A DNA stretch of 64,000 nucleotides from contig CAYNVS010000005.1 of NCBI GenBank assembly GCA_964400725.1, positions 8,632 through 72,631 on the forward strand, in the 5' to 3' direction. The notes under the pieces were generated by a model. That model was not told where the DNA came from. It did no database searches and saw nothing but the letters and a program-made list of their open reading frames with translations. Within the stretch, counting starts at the first letter, position 1, and each line of letters begins with the position of its first letter. Both the position numbers and the translations under genes were made by a program. This DNA comes from an uncultured Myxococcales bacterium (lineage in GTDB: Bacteria; Myxococcota_A; SURF-8; CAYNVS01). This document shows, in pieces, positions 55,701 to 63,221 of the stretch.

Positions 55701-56574
55701 TCTGGGCGCCAAGCGCGAGGTAAATCGCCTCGAACCCTTGCGCCTTCAGGTCGTCAAGCGAGAAATCTTTGCCCAAACGCTTGTTCGTCTCGACATCGAC
55801 GCCGTGGTCGGTGATGTACTGTATTTCTTTGTCCAGCGTCTCCTGCGGCAGACGGTAGTCGGGGATGCCGTACCTTAACATGCCGCCTAGCTTTGGCTGA
55901 GCGTCGAACACTTTAACCTTGTAACCGGCGCGGGCAAGGAAGTAAGCGGCCGTAAGGCCCGCGGGCCCGCCGCCGACTATCGCGACCTTATGCCCGTTTG
56001 AGGGCGGAACTGCCGGCTTGGGCAGGTTATCGTTCTCAAGGTCGGAGACGTAACGCTTTACAAAGTTGATGCCAACCGCGGATTCGTCCACTTCGCGCCT
56101 TCTGCACGCCGCCTCGCAGTAACGAACGCAAACTCTGCCGCAGACCAGCGGAAACGGGTTGGTGGAGCGTATCAGCTCCAGCGCCTCGTAATGCCTGCCG
56201 GCGTGCGCCAGCGCAAGGTAACCCTGCACGTCAACGTCGATGGGGCATTTCTCGTAACAGGGGCCGCGGCAGTCGGCGAAATGATTGGACATGAGCATGT
56301 CCAGCGCGTCCTTGCGGGCCTTGTAAACGCGTTCGTTGTCGGTTGTGATAACCATGCCTTCGCGCGCTTCGGTCGTGCACGAAAGGACGAGCTTCGCGAA
56401 CCCTTCGACTTCGACGACGCAAAGCAGGCAGCTTCCTACCGCCGGAAGCCTCGGGTCGTAGCAGAGAGTCGGTATCTCCACGCCGTTTTCCCGCGCGACG
56501 TCAAGAATTGTCTTCCCCGCCGCCGTCGTAATTTCGGCGCCGTTGATTTTAACTTTTATAGTGTTAGCCATAAG
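52795..56574 (-). CDS. NuoG-like Fe-S subunit with embedded GltD/NfnB-like FAD-NAD(P)H oxidoreductase domain (Bfu-family large subunit; no H-cluster or FDH catalytic motifs)
   Basis: Starting at MANTIKVKING (RBS AAGAGG), the domain order is 2Fe-2S (CYDPRLPAVGSCLLC), then His-ligated 4Fe-4S (HFADCRGPCYEKC), then a GltD-type Cys cluster (LVCGRVC...CEAAC). The FAD/NAD(P) domain follows (VAIVGGGPAGLTAAYFLARAG), then 2x[4Fe-4S] (CILCGKC...CISCGNC), the MopB Fe4S4 domain (CGYCGVGC), and a molybdopterin-like domain lacking the Sec/Cys-His catalytic pair. Confidence 0.7.
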   Translation of the reverse strand, partial: LMANTIKVKINGAEITTAAGKTILDVARENGVEIPTLCYDPRLPAVGSCLLCVVEVEGFAKLVLSCTTEAREGMVITTDNERVYKARKDALDMLMSNHFADCRGPCYEKCPIDVDVQGYLALAHAGRHYEALELIRSTNPFPLVCGRVCVRYCEAACRRREVDESAVGINFVKRYVSDLENDNLPKPAVPPSNGHKVAIVGGGPAGLTAAYFLARAGYKVKVFDAQPKLGGMLRYGIPDYRLPQETLDKEIQYITDHGVDVETNKRLGKDFSLDDLKAQGFEAIYLALGAQKAKPMRIKNEDTPGVVGGVDFLGEVKKAAAPPELKGTVVVVGGGNTAIDAARTALRCNAAKVQVLYRRTAEEMPADPEEVQDALDEGVEIKYLVAPMEVVRGENGSLKALRCQKMTLGEPDASGRRRPVPLEGSEEDVPCNMIIAAIGQDVDLTGLRGNAMGDVKSTKWETIIVEKDAYATNVPGVFAGGDAESGPMAAADAIGAGRKAAYTIDKYIQTGKLVPAYKEFLSKKTNLSELPADFFAKYEKTHRSHTVKDDPATRISTWTELDHGVTAESAKHETERCLSCGCSAVFTCDLKRYAGEYAADQKRFSGKVKKYKVDDRHPYITLDPNKCILCGKCVRLCADLQMVSALGFINRGYDMIVRPSMEKPLQNTTCISCGNCIEVCPTGAIDFALDVKKPGPWRTTESESLCGYCGVGCRLVFNKKNDDVWYVTAKKESRFVNGELCMRGRFGNRYILTDMRLREPHIIEGGKRIPTNMAAAQKKLVEGLKAVADKHGAGSVAFFISPKASNEEVMLVERLARGVFKTNNIASLYDTARNDEDRDLYAGFGLTASTLSRRQLERADVIVVINSDVTRENPVLGFSIKRAAKRGAALVCVSSTESELTAHSALRLDGKRGTNATLLSAAANYIIKNNLLDRAFIDARTEGYEEFAKTVNVSADKAEKATGVEKEKIEKFANLIADPAKSVVFVYNIDSALERSGGDLQMIANILLLTGKIGKENNGIMFAHEHSNYQGHKDLSAHADAVSQSPRFKGASFSGARSLMELRQMIAERKIKGLFIFGEDFAINREYAELMGQAEFVGVVDMFETETTRAANVAIPGSAYFEQEGSATSAERRVTAFKRVFEPPAGKTGFEVLSGVYALAAGRAEPTLEDARAMIAEANPYYAPIKTIGETGSFLWSDGGDGNGGELLFAKEFARENGKAKFVAVSDAAKQFDRRPACFSTIDRLFDAQWKRMLAGRRA

Positions 56575-56585
56575 CCTTACCTCTT

Positions 56586-58355
56586 TTAGTCCTTCCACAC
56601 CGCGTTGAAGTTGCAAACCGTTATGCACTTGCCGCACTTAATACACTTCGCATGGTCGATTACGTGAGCGGCCTTGCGCTCGCCGGTTATTGCGCCCGAA
56701 GGGCAGTCCTTTGCGCAAAGCGTGCAGCCGGTGCACTTCGCCGCGTCTATGGAATAATTCACAAGCAGCGCGCACGAATGCGCCGGGCATTTTTTATCGT
56801 TAATGTGCGCCTCGTACTCCTCGCGGAAGTATTTAATGGTGGTCAGCGCGGGGTTAGGAGCCGTCTGGCCCAAGCCGCACTGGCTGGTATTGCGGATGAA
56901 CTCGCCAAGTTCCTCCAGCTTGTCGAGGTCTTCGGGTTTTCCCTTCCCTTCGACGATGCGGTTTAAAATTTCCAGCATTCTCAGCGTGCCGACGCGGCAG
57001 CTGGTGCATTTGCCGCACGACTCGTTCTGAGTGAATTCCAAAAAGAAGCGCGCCATCTCAACCATGCAGGTGTCTTCGTCCACTACTATCATTCCGCCCG
57101 AACCCATGATTGCGCCGGTGGAAGTAATCTTTTCGTAGTCGATTTGCGTGTCGCCCATGCTTGCCGGAATGCAGCCGCCGGACGGGCCGCCGATTTGAAT
57201 GGCCTTAAATTTTTTGTCGTCTTTAATTCCGCCGCAGATGTCGAAGACGATGTCGTTGATGGTTATTCCCATCGGCACTTCGACGAGGCCGGAGCGTTTT
57301 ACTTTGCCGGCCATGGCGAAAACTTTCGTCCCCTTGCTCTTCTCGGCGCCGAACGCGGCGAATTTCTCCGGACCGTTGAGGATAATCCACGGCAGGTTTG
57401 CGAACGTCTCGACGTTGTTGATGTTTGAGGGTTTGCCCCAAACTCCCTTGACCGCCGGATAAGGCGGACGGACGCGCGGAGTGCCGCGCCTGCCTTCTAT
57501 GGAATTGATGAGGGCCGTTTCCTCGCCGCAGACGAACGCGCCCGCGCCTTCTTTAATTTTAAGATGGAACGAGAAATTCGTTCCGAAAATATTATCGCCC
57601 AACAATCCGCGCTCGGTCGCCTGCTTTATGGCGTTGCGGAGGCGGAAAATCGCCTTGGGGTACTCCGCGCGGCAGTAAATATAACCGAAGTTCGCGCCTA
57701 TCGCGTAGCCGCACATCATCATTCCTTCCAGAACCGAGTGCGGATCGCTTTCCAGCACCGACCTGTCCATGAACGCGCCCGGATCGCCTTCGTCGGCGTT
57801 GCAAATTACGTATTTCTCGTTTCCCGGCGATTGGCGGGCGAATTTCCATTTGACGCCCGTCGGAAACCCGGCGCCGCCGCGGCCTCTGAGGCCGGACTTG
57901 GTTACTTCCTCAATGAGCTGTTCCGGCGTCATCGTTTTGAGAACTTTTTCAATCGCCTTGTAGCCGTCCACGGCGAGATAGTCGTCGATGGACATCGGGT
58001 CGATTACGCCGCAGTTGCGCAGAACTATGCGCTGCTGCTTTGCCACGAACGGAGCTTCTTCGCCTTCTTTGAAGTCTTTAAGCACGAGCCATTCGGGGAT
58101 GGGCGCGCCCTTCTCGACGTGTTCCTCGAAGATTTTTTCCGCGCGTTCGGGGGTTACGTCGCCGTATAAAAATTTCTCGCCGTCCTTCTTCACCTCGACG
58201 AGGACTTCTCGGTAACACATTCCCATGCAGCCCGTTTCTCCGACCGCGACGCCCGGAAGTTTTTTAGTCTGGGCTATTTCATGGAGTTTTTCGAGCACTT
58301 TGTCCGCTCCGGCGCTGCTTCCGCACGTTCCGGTTCCGACCGTTATCGTTATCAT
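56586..58355 (-). CDS. NuoF-like NAD(P)H-binding flavoprotein subunit (HydB/HndC-type) with N-terminal 2Fe-2S thioredoxin-like and C-terminal 2x[4Fe-4S] domains
   Basis: GRGGAGFPTGVKWKF FMN/NADH motif, thioredoxin-like Cys motif ETGCMGMCY, and C-terminal ferredoxin Cys clusters CTGCTLCAKDCP and CIKCGKCITVC; 589 aa. Confidence 0.85.
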   Translation of the reverse strand: MITITVGTGTCGSSAGADKVLEKLHEIAQTKKLPGVAVGETGCMGMCYREVLVEVKKDGEKFLYGDVTPERAEKIFEEHVEKGAPIPEWLVLKDFKEGEEAPFVAKQQRIVLRNCGVIDPMSIDDYLAVDGYKAIEKVLKTMTPEQLIEEVTKSGLRGRGGAGFPTGVKWKFARQSPGNEKYVICNADEGDPGAFMDRSVLESDPHSVLEGMMMCGYAIGANFGYIYCRAEYPKAIFRLRNAIKQATERGLLGDNIFGTNFSFHLKIKEGAGAFVCGEETALINSIEGRRGTPRVRPPYPAVKGVWGKPSNINNVETFANLPWIILNGPEKFAAFGAEKSKGTKVFAMAGKVKRSGLVEVPMGITINDIVFDICGGIKDDKKFKAIQIGGPSGGCIPASMGDTQIDYEKITSTGAIMGSGGMIVVDEDTCMVEMARFFLEFTQNESCGKCTSCRVGTLRMLEILNRIVEGKGKPEDLDKLEELGEFIRNTSQCGLGQTAPNPALTTIKYFREEYEAHINDKKCPAHSCALLVNYSIDAAKCTGCTLCAKDCPSGAITGERKAAHVIDHAKCIKCGKCITVCNFNAVWKD

Positions 58356-58418
58356 TTCATTACCTCTTATTTTGAATTGCCAAACTGAAGTCGCCGCTTC
58401 CGCTTTGCTCGTTGCGGC

Positions 58419-58925
58419 TTAAATGTTGTCGGGCGACTCGCCTCTTTGGTATTTCTTTAATATTTTCCGCAGCTTTTGCGGCGTGAGCCTTCCGTAAGTC
58501 TTGTCGTTAATCATAACGACGGGCGCCAGGCTGCAACAGCCCAGACACGCCACGGGAGACAGCGTGAATTTGCCGTCCTCGGTCGTGTCGCCGTTGGTCA
58601 GCGCAAGCTCGTCCTCGATTATCTCTTTGAGCTGCTTGGCGTTGTTGACGTGGCAGGCGGTTCCGTCGCACAGGCGTATAAGATACTTGCCCAGCGGCTT
58701 CAGTCTGAACTGCTTGTAAAAGGTGATTACGCCGTAAATCTCGGCTTCCGGAACTCCCGTAACTCCGCTGATGTACCGGATGGACGTCTCGCTGATGTAG
58801 CCGTAGCTCTCCTGAGCGGACTGAAGCAGGGGGATGAGCTGCCCCTTTTCGCCTTCATAGTTCCATAAATCTGTGTTGATTTTTGGGAAATTTTTACTCT
58901 CGCCGCTATTTTCGTTCATAGTCAT
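58419..58925 (-). CDS. NuoE-like 2Fe-2S thioredoxin-like ferredoxin subunit (HydC/HndA-type)
   Basis: Cys pattern RLCDGTACHVNN...CLGCCSLAPVVMIND; 168 aa. Confidence 0.85.
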   Translation of the reverse strand: MTMNENSGESKNFPKINTDLWNYEGEKGQLIPLLQSAQESYGYISETSIRYISGVTGVPEAEIYGVITFYKQFRLKPLGKYLIRLCDGTACHVNNAKQLKEIIEDELALTNGDTTEDGKFTLSPVACLGCCSLAPVVMINDKTYGRLTPQKLRKILKKYQRGESPDNI

Positions 58926-58999
58926 GTTGGGCTCCGTTTGGTTGTTTTCCGCCGCCTCGCCTCTCTTGCCGGCGCGGCTTTCGGCGTCAATATAGCCGT

Positions 59000-59992
59000 T
59001 TATTCCTCGAACATCTTTAAAATCTTCGCGAACTTCGTACGGACGATTCCATCTATCGGCCTTATCTCTTCGGAGGAAATCCTCTCAAGCTCTTTAAAGT
59101 TATCGGCCTTCAGCAAAAGAACCGCGTCGTATTTGCCTTTAACCGCGTCGCACGAAACGACGCAGTCCAGCAGGTAAAGCTGCGGGAACGCCGCGCCGAA
59201 CTTGTCTTTTTCTATTTCCGCCAGCAGGTACGCCGACACCTTATCGTCGTCGGCCTTGCCGTCCTGGCCGCCGAAGCTGCGCTTCTTTTCGTAATCTTTA
59301 ATGAAACCCGAAAGAGCTTCTTCCACCTGCGGCGTAACTACCGGGCAGAATTCTATTTCGCCTATTTCTTTCATCGGCTTTATCTGCGAAGCGATGACTT
59401 CGTCGATTTCCTCGCTCGTATCGCCGTTGACCATGAGAGCCAAGTCGTAAACTCCCTTTACCGCGTCGCAGTAAAGGACGTTGTCGAGAAAGTAAAGCCT
59501 GCGAAACAGCTCTCCGGCGTTTTTCTTATCGGCTATTTTAATGAAACAATAAGCCGTAACCGAGCGTTTTGTTTTTACCGTTGACATTTCCATACCTTCC
59601 TTTGAGGCAAATTCGGGAAGAGTTTGCAAAAGACGCGACAGCGTTTCCGCCTCGAACGGCTTAAAAAGCAGTTCGTCGCCGCCCCGCGACTTCGTTTCGT
59701 TCGCCAAATTTTCGCCGCCGTAGCCCGAAGTTAAAATTACGGGCAGATTCGGACGACGAGACTTTATGACTTCAATCAGTTTGAGGCCGTTGATGTCGGG
59801 AAGGTACAAGTCCGCAATTACGGCCTCGAACGGCCTTCCCAGCGCGACCGCTTTTTCTATCTTCAAGAGCGCCTCAATTCCGCGCTCCGCCTCTTCAATC
59901 GCAAAGCCCGCTTTTGCGAGCGCGGCGATAACCTTTTTTCGCTGCCCCGCTTCGTTGTCGATTATAAGAACCTTGCCGCCTTTAGCGACCAT
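59000..59992 (-). CDS. response regulator: REC domain fused to two tandem Lrp/AsnC-type RAM (ACT-like) ligand-binding domains
   Basis: REC motifs (KVLIIDNE, phospho-acceptor in VIADLYLPD, TSGYG, LFKPF). Two repeats follow of the type YCFIKIADK...VLYCDAVKGVYDLALMV and AYLLAEIEKDK...VVSCDAVKGKYDAVLLLKA. No DNA-binding domain. Confidence 0.65.
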   Translation of the reverse strand: MVAKGGKVLIIDNEAGQRKKVIAALAKAGFAIEEAERGIEALLKIEKAVALGRPFEAVIADLYLPDINGLKLIEVIKSRRPNLPVILTSGYGGENLANETKSRGGDELLFKPFEAETLSRLLQTLPEFASKEGMEMSTVKTKRSVTAYCFIKIADKKNAGELFRRLYFLDNVLYCDAVKGVYDLALMVNGDTSEEIDEVIASQIKPMKEIGEIEFCPVVTPQVEEALSGFIKDYEKKRSFGGQDGKADDDKVSAYLLAEIEKDKFGAAFPQLYLLDCVVSCDAVKGKYDAVLLLKADNFKELERISSEEIRPIDGIVRTKFAKILKMFEE

Positions 59993-60105
59993 ACGCGTCT
60001 CCTCCCGACGGCGGCTCTCCGCCGCGGCTTGAATCAGCTTTTCCGGCGAATTTTTAACGCTCGCCCTGCAATATAAGGATTAAAAAGAGCCCGCGCGAAA
60101 ACCGG

Positions 60106-60123
60106 CCGTCAAAAATTTTGACG
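60106..60123. promoter_or_regulatory. palindrome CCGTCAAAA-A-TTTTGACG, candidate operator upstream of the REC-RAM / Bfu operon (or weak ribD terminator)
   Basis: GTCAAAAATTTTGAC has perfect 7-bp arms with a 1-bp spacer, extended to 9/10 bp by flanking GC. It lies in the 265-bp gap between ribD and the response-regulator gene. Confidence 0.3.
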
Positions 60124-60257
60124 CCCGCTTTTTTGCGTTGAGTTGATTATACGGAAAAAAGGCAAAAAGCAAAGAGAATTATAGAACTAATTTATTGCGA
60201 CGAATTGCCCGTTCGCCATCATCTGCTTTTCGTTTTAACAGACCGCCGAAACGCCCA

Positions 60258-61361
60258 TCACAAGGGTTTAAAAGTAATAAAAGCGTCGTTCTCAACCCTT
60301 TTGACTTCCATTTTGCCCAGCTTCACCGCCTCGGCCAGCTTCTCGCATCCGTTAAAATCAGCCAATTTTACGCCGTCGCCGAAAATATACGGCGTATAAA
60401 AAAGCGAAACGCGGTCGTAAAGTCCGGCTTGTAAAAACGAGCCGATGACCTTGCCGCCGCCTTCTATTATAACGCTCGTAATTCCTTCGTTCCACAGGCG
60501 CTCGGACAGCGCGTTCAAATCGAGAAAACCGTCCGCGTTCGCCGGAAGAGTCTCGACGAGCGCGCCGGCCTTTTCAAGCGCGATCCGGCTTTTAGCGCCG
60601 GCGTTTTTACGGCAGAAAACAATAGTTTTCGCCGATTTGTCGGCGAATACGAAAGCCTTCGGGTTTACGCTCAAAGAGCCGTCCAGTATCAACCGCGCCG
60701 GCTGAGCCACGTCCCCGACTCCGCGCGCGGTCAAGCGCGGATTATCGAGATTAATAGTCTTGGCTCCGACCAGTATTCCCTGCATCGCGGCGCGGAGACG
60801 GTGAACCAAAACATGCGATTTTCTGCCGCTCATGCCGCTTGCGGTCTGCCCCGAATCGCCGCTTTTGGTCGCAATGAAGCCGTCCAGCGACAGCGCCGCC
60901 TTTATCAGAAAATAAGGCCGCCCCTTCGCCTGAGAAACCAAGAAAGGCTCGTTTAGCTCCTTCGCCTCTTTCTCGCATACGCCCGTTATGACTTCGACTC
61001 CTTTGGAACGCAAATATTCCGCGCCCCCTTTCGCCTTCGGGTTCTCGTCCAGCGCGGCAATGACGACGCGCTTTATTCCGGCCTTAAGTATCGCCTCCGC
61101 GCATGGCGGCGTTTTGCCGAAATGGTTGCACGGTTCCAACGTAACGTACATAGTCGCGCCGCCGGTTTTGCCCGGCGCCAAAGCTATCGCCTCCGCCTCC
61201 GCGTGGCATTGTCCGTAACAATGATGATACCCTTCCGATATAATTCTGTCCCCATCGACGATTACCGCGCCGACCATCGGGTTGGGTTTTGTATTGCCGA
61301 GCCCTTTCGCCGCCAGCCGCAGCGCCTTTTTCATGTAATACGCGTGATTTATTTCGGCCAT
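60258..61361 (-). CDS. ribD: bifunctional riboflavin biosynthesis deaminase/reductase
   Basis: CMP/dCMP-type deaminase zinc motif (CHAEAEAI...EPCNHFGKTPPCAEAI) plus a C-terminal RibD reductase domain; 367 aa. Confidence 0.9.
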   Translation of the reverse strand: MAEINHAYYMKKALRLAAKGLGNTKPNPMVGAVIVDGDRIISEGYHHCYGQCHAEAEAIALAPGKTGGATMYVTLEPCNHFGKTPPCAEAILKAGIKRVVIAALDENPKAKGGAEYLRSKGVEVITGVCEKEAKELNEPFLVSQAKGRPYFLIKAALSLDGFIATKSGDSGQTASGMSGRKSHVLVHRLRAAMQGILVGAKTINLDNPRLTARGVGDVAQPARLILDGSLSVNPKAFVFADKSAKTIVFCRKNAGAKSRIALEKAGALVETLPANADGFLDLNALSERLWNEGITSVIIEGGGKVIGSFLQAGLYDRVSLFYTPYIFGDGVKLADFNGCEKLAEAVKLGKMEVKRVENDAFITFKPL

Positions 61362-61382
61362 TTTATACAGAGCCCCAAATTA

Positions 61383-62933
61383 TTATTTTGTAGGAATCAT
61401 GCTCGCGCCGCCCGTGGTGAGAAGCAGTTTCAAATCGTCGTCGTTGAACTCCAGTCCTCCGCCGACGAACCATGCGCGCATTTTGTCGTTTAATATTTGG
61501 TCGATGCCCGCCGTAATGAAAAGTCTGTGTTCGAGGAAGGTAAGCGAGGTCTGCGCCTTCCAATTCGGGTTCTGGTCCAGCGCAAAGTCGTAGAACTGCG
61601 TATTAATGCGCCAGAAGTCGTCGAAGAAATGCAGGTCAAGCCCGACGCCTCCGGTGTTTTCGATTATTCCGAAATACGCCGACGGCCAGAACCACCAAGT
61701 TACTTCCAGCGTGCGGTAATATAATAAGGTAAATTTAAACGAATACTCGGTCTGCGTCTCGAAAACTTCTTCGCCGCTTTGCCCGACGAGCTTCCCCTGC
61801 GCGTCGTAAACCTTGTTCGACGTAGCGGTTTTTGTGCGAGTTATCTTTCCCCACGGGTCGGATACCGCTCCGATAATGTACGCTTTGTTCTTGTTCGGTT
61901 TTATATTAAGGTAAACGTAGGTTTTAGCCGCGTTCTCCATCGGATAGTAGTTCGACTCTAAATGAAACTGAAGCTGTAATTTGTCGGCTTTTTCAACCGC
62001 TTTCTTCGCGGTGTCCACTATGTAAGCGACGTCGTTGGCTACCTTCTCGTCGTTCAGCAGCTTGCCGACCGTTCCTTTGCCGTCTTTTATGTTGCCGGTA
62101 ATTACTTCGACGTTGTCGATGACCTTATCGAGTTTGTCCATTATGCCGTCCAGCCGCTTGGAAATGCGATCGACCGCCGGACCGCTGGTTTTGAGAACGG
62201 ATTTTTCGTCCATGAGAGAGACTTTTATTTCGTCGGTAATCGTCTTAAGGTTTCCCAGCGCGTCTTTAAGGTCGGTTTGTACGGTTTGCGCCAGACCGTT
62301 GGCTTTAATGGCCGCGTTGTCGGCGTTAATCACCAGCGAATTCACCGCGTCCTTGTTGTCGGCAACGATTTCATTTATATTTTTCGTCAGTTCCAGAACG
62401 TTTTTCATAATTTCGTCGAGAGTATTAGCTTTTCCGTCCGGGGCGACGCCCGCGAGGCTGCTTTTGAGCGAAGCCGTAATGGCCTTAACGTCGTGCGAGA
62501 TGTCGCCGAATTTATTCATCAGCTCTTCCATCTGCACCGAATCCTTTGAGTTTTGTATCTGTTCGCCGTCTTTTAACAACCCGGCGTCGGGCGTTCCCGG
62601 CGTTATTTCAATCAGCGAAGTCCCTAGCAGCGACTCTTGTATTTTCTTTGCCGTCGCGTTTTTATAGAGCTTTAATTCTTTGCGGACGCGCAGATAAATG
62701 CGGGCGTTGTCGCCGTCCAGAGTTATCGTCTCGATTTCGCCGACGGGAATGCCCGACACGAGCACCTGCGACTTTTTCACAAGTCCTTTGGCCGACGGAA
62801 AGACTACCGAGACGCCGTAACCGGCTCCGCCAGTAACCGGGGAATCGTCCGACTCGAAAATTAAAACGACCGCGACCGCCGCCACGGCGATGCTCAAAAG
62901 CCCTACTTTCAACGGGGTTATAAACGTCTTCAT
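61383..62933 (-). CDS. MCE/MlaD-domain protein with extended C-terminal domain
   Basis: Start at ATG (MKTFITPLKVGLLSIAVAAVAVVLIF TM anchor). MlaD/MCE core (VSVVFPSAKGLVKKSQVLVSGIPVGEIETITL), then coiled-coil-like and a ~200-aa beta-rich C-terminal region. Confidence 0.65.
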   Translation of the reverse strand: MKTFITPLKVGLLSIAVAAVAVVLIFESDDSPVTGGAGYGVSVVFPSAKGLVKKSQVLVSGIPVGEIETITLDGDNARIYLRVRKELKLYKNATAKKIQESLLGTSLIEITPGTPDAGLLKDGEQIQNSKDSVQMEELMNKFGDISHDVKAITASLKSSLAGVAPDGKANTLDEIMKNVLELTKNINEIVADNKDAVNSLVINADNAAIKANGLAQTVQTDLKDALGNLKTITDEIKVSLMDEKSVLKTSGPAVDRISKRLDGIMDKLDKVIDNVEVITGNIKDGKGTVGKLLNDEKVANDVAYIVDTAKKAVEKADKLQLQFHLESNYYPMENAAKTYVYLNIKPNKNKAYIIGAVSDPWGKITRTKTATSNKVYDAQGKLVGQSGEEVFETQTEYSFKFTLLYYRTLEVTWWFWPSAYFGIIENTGGVGLDLHFFDDFWRINTQFYDFALDQNPNWKAQTSLTFLEHRLFITAGIDQILNDKMRAWFVGGGLEFNDDDLKLLLTTGGASMIPTK

Positions 62934-63221
62934 TTCATTTTTTTCAAAAACAACCGTAAGATAATATATTATACGCCTCAATACCGCAAGAAAATGTGCG
63001 AGCGCCGCCGGTTTTCATATAAAACGCGCAAGAAGCGGAGCGGCGCAAAGATTTTATATAATAAATTCCGCCTGTTTCCGAAAACTACGGAATAAATTAT
63101 ACGCGGCTCTTAGAAATACAAGTTGCCGTTTTCCGCCGTTTGGTATATATAAATTATATTATTGGCGCGAAGGCTTATTGCCGATTAACCGCTTTAATAA
63201 GTTTAACTTGCGAGGTTCGAC

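Noticed and set aside
53461-58169. Numerous 60-200-aa ORFs on the plus strand across the Bfu-like operon (e.g. 57564-58169, 55220-55723)
   Set aside because: All are antisense to long, motif-rich minus-strand genes.
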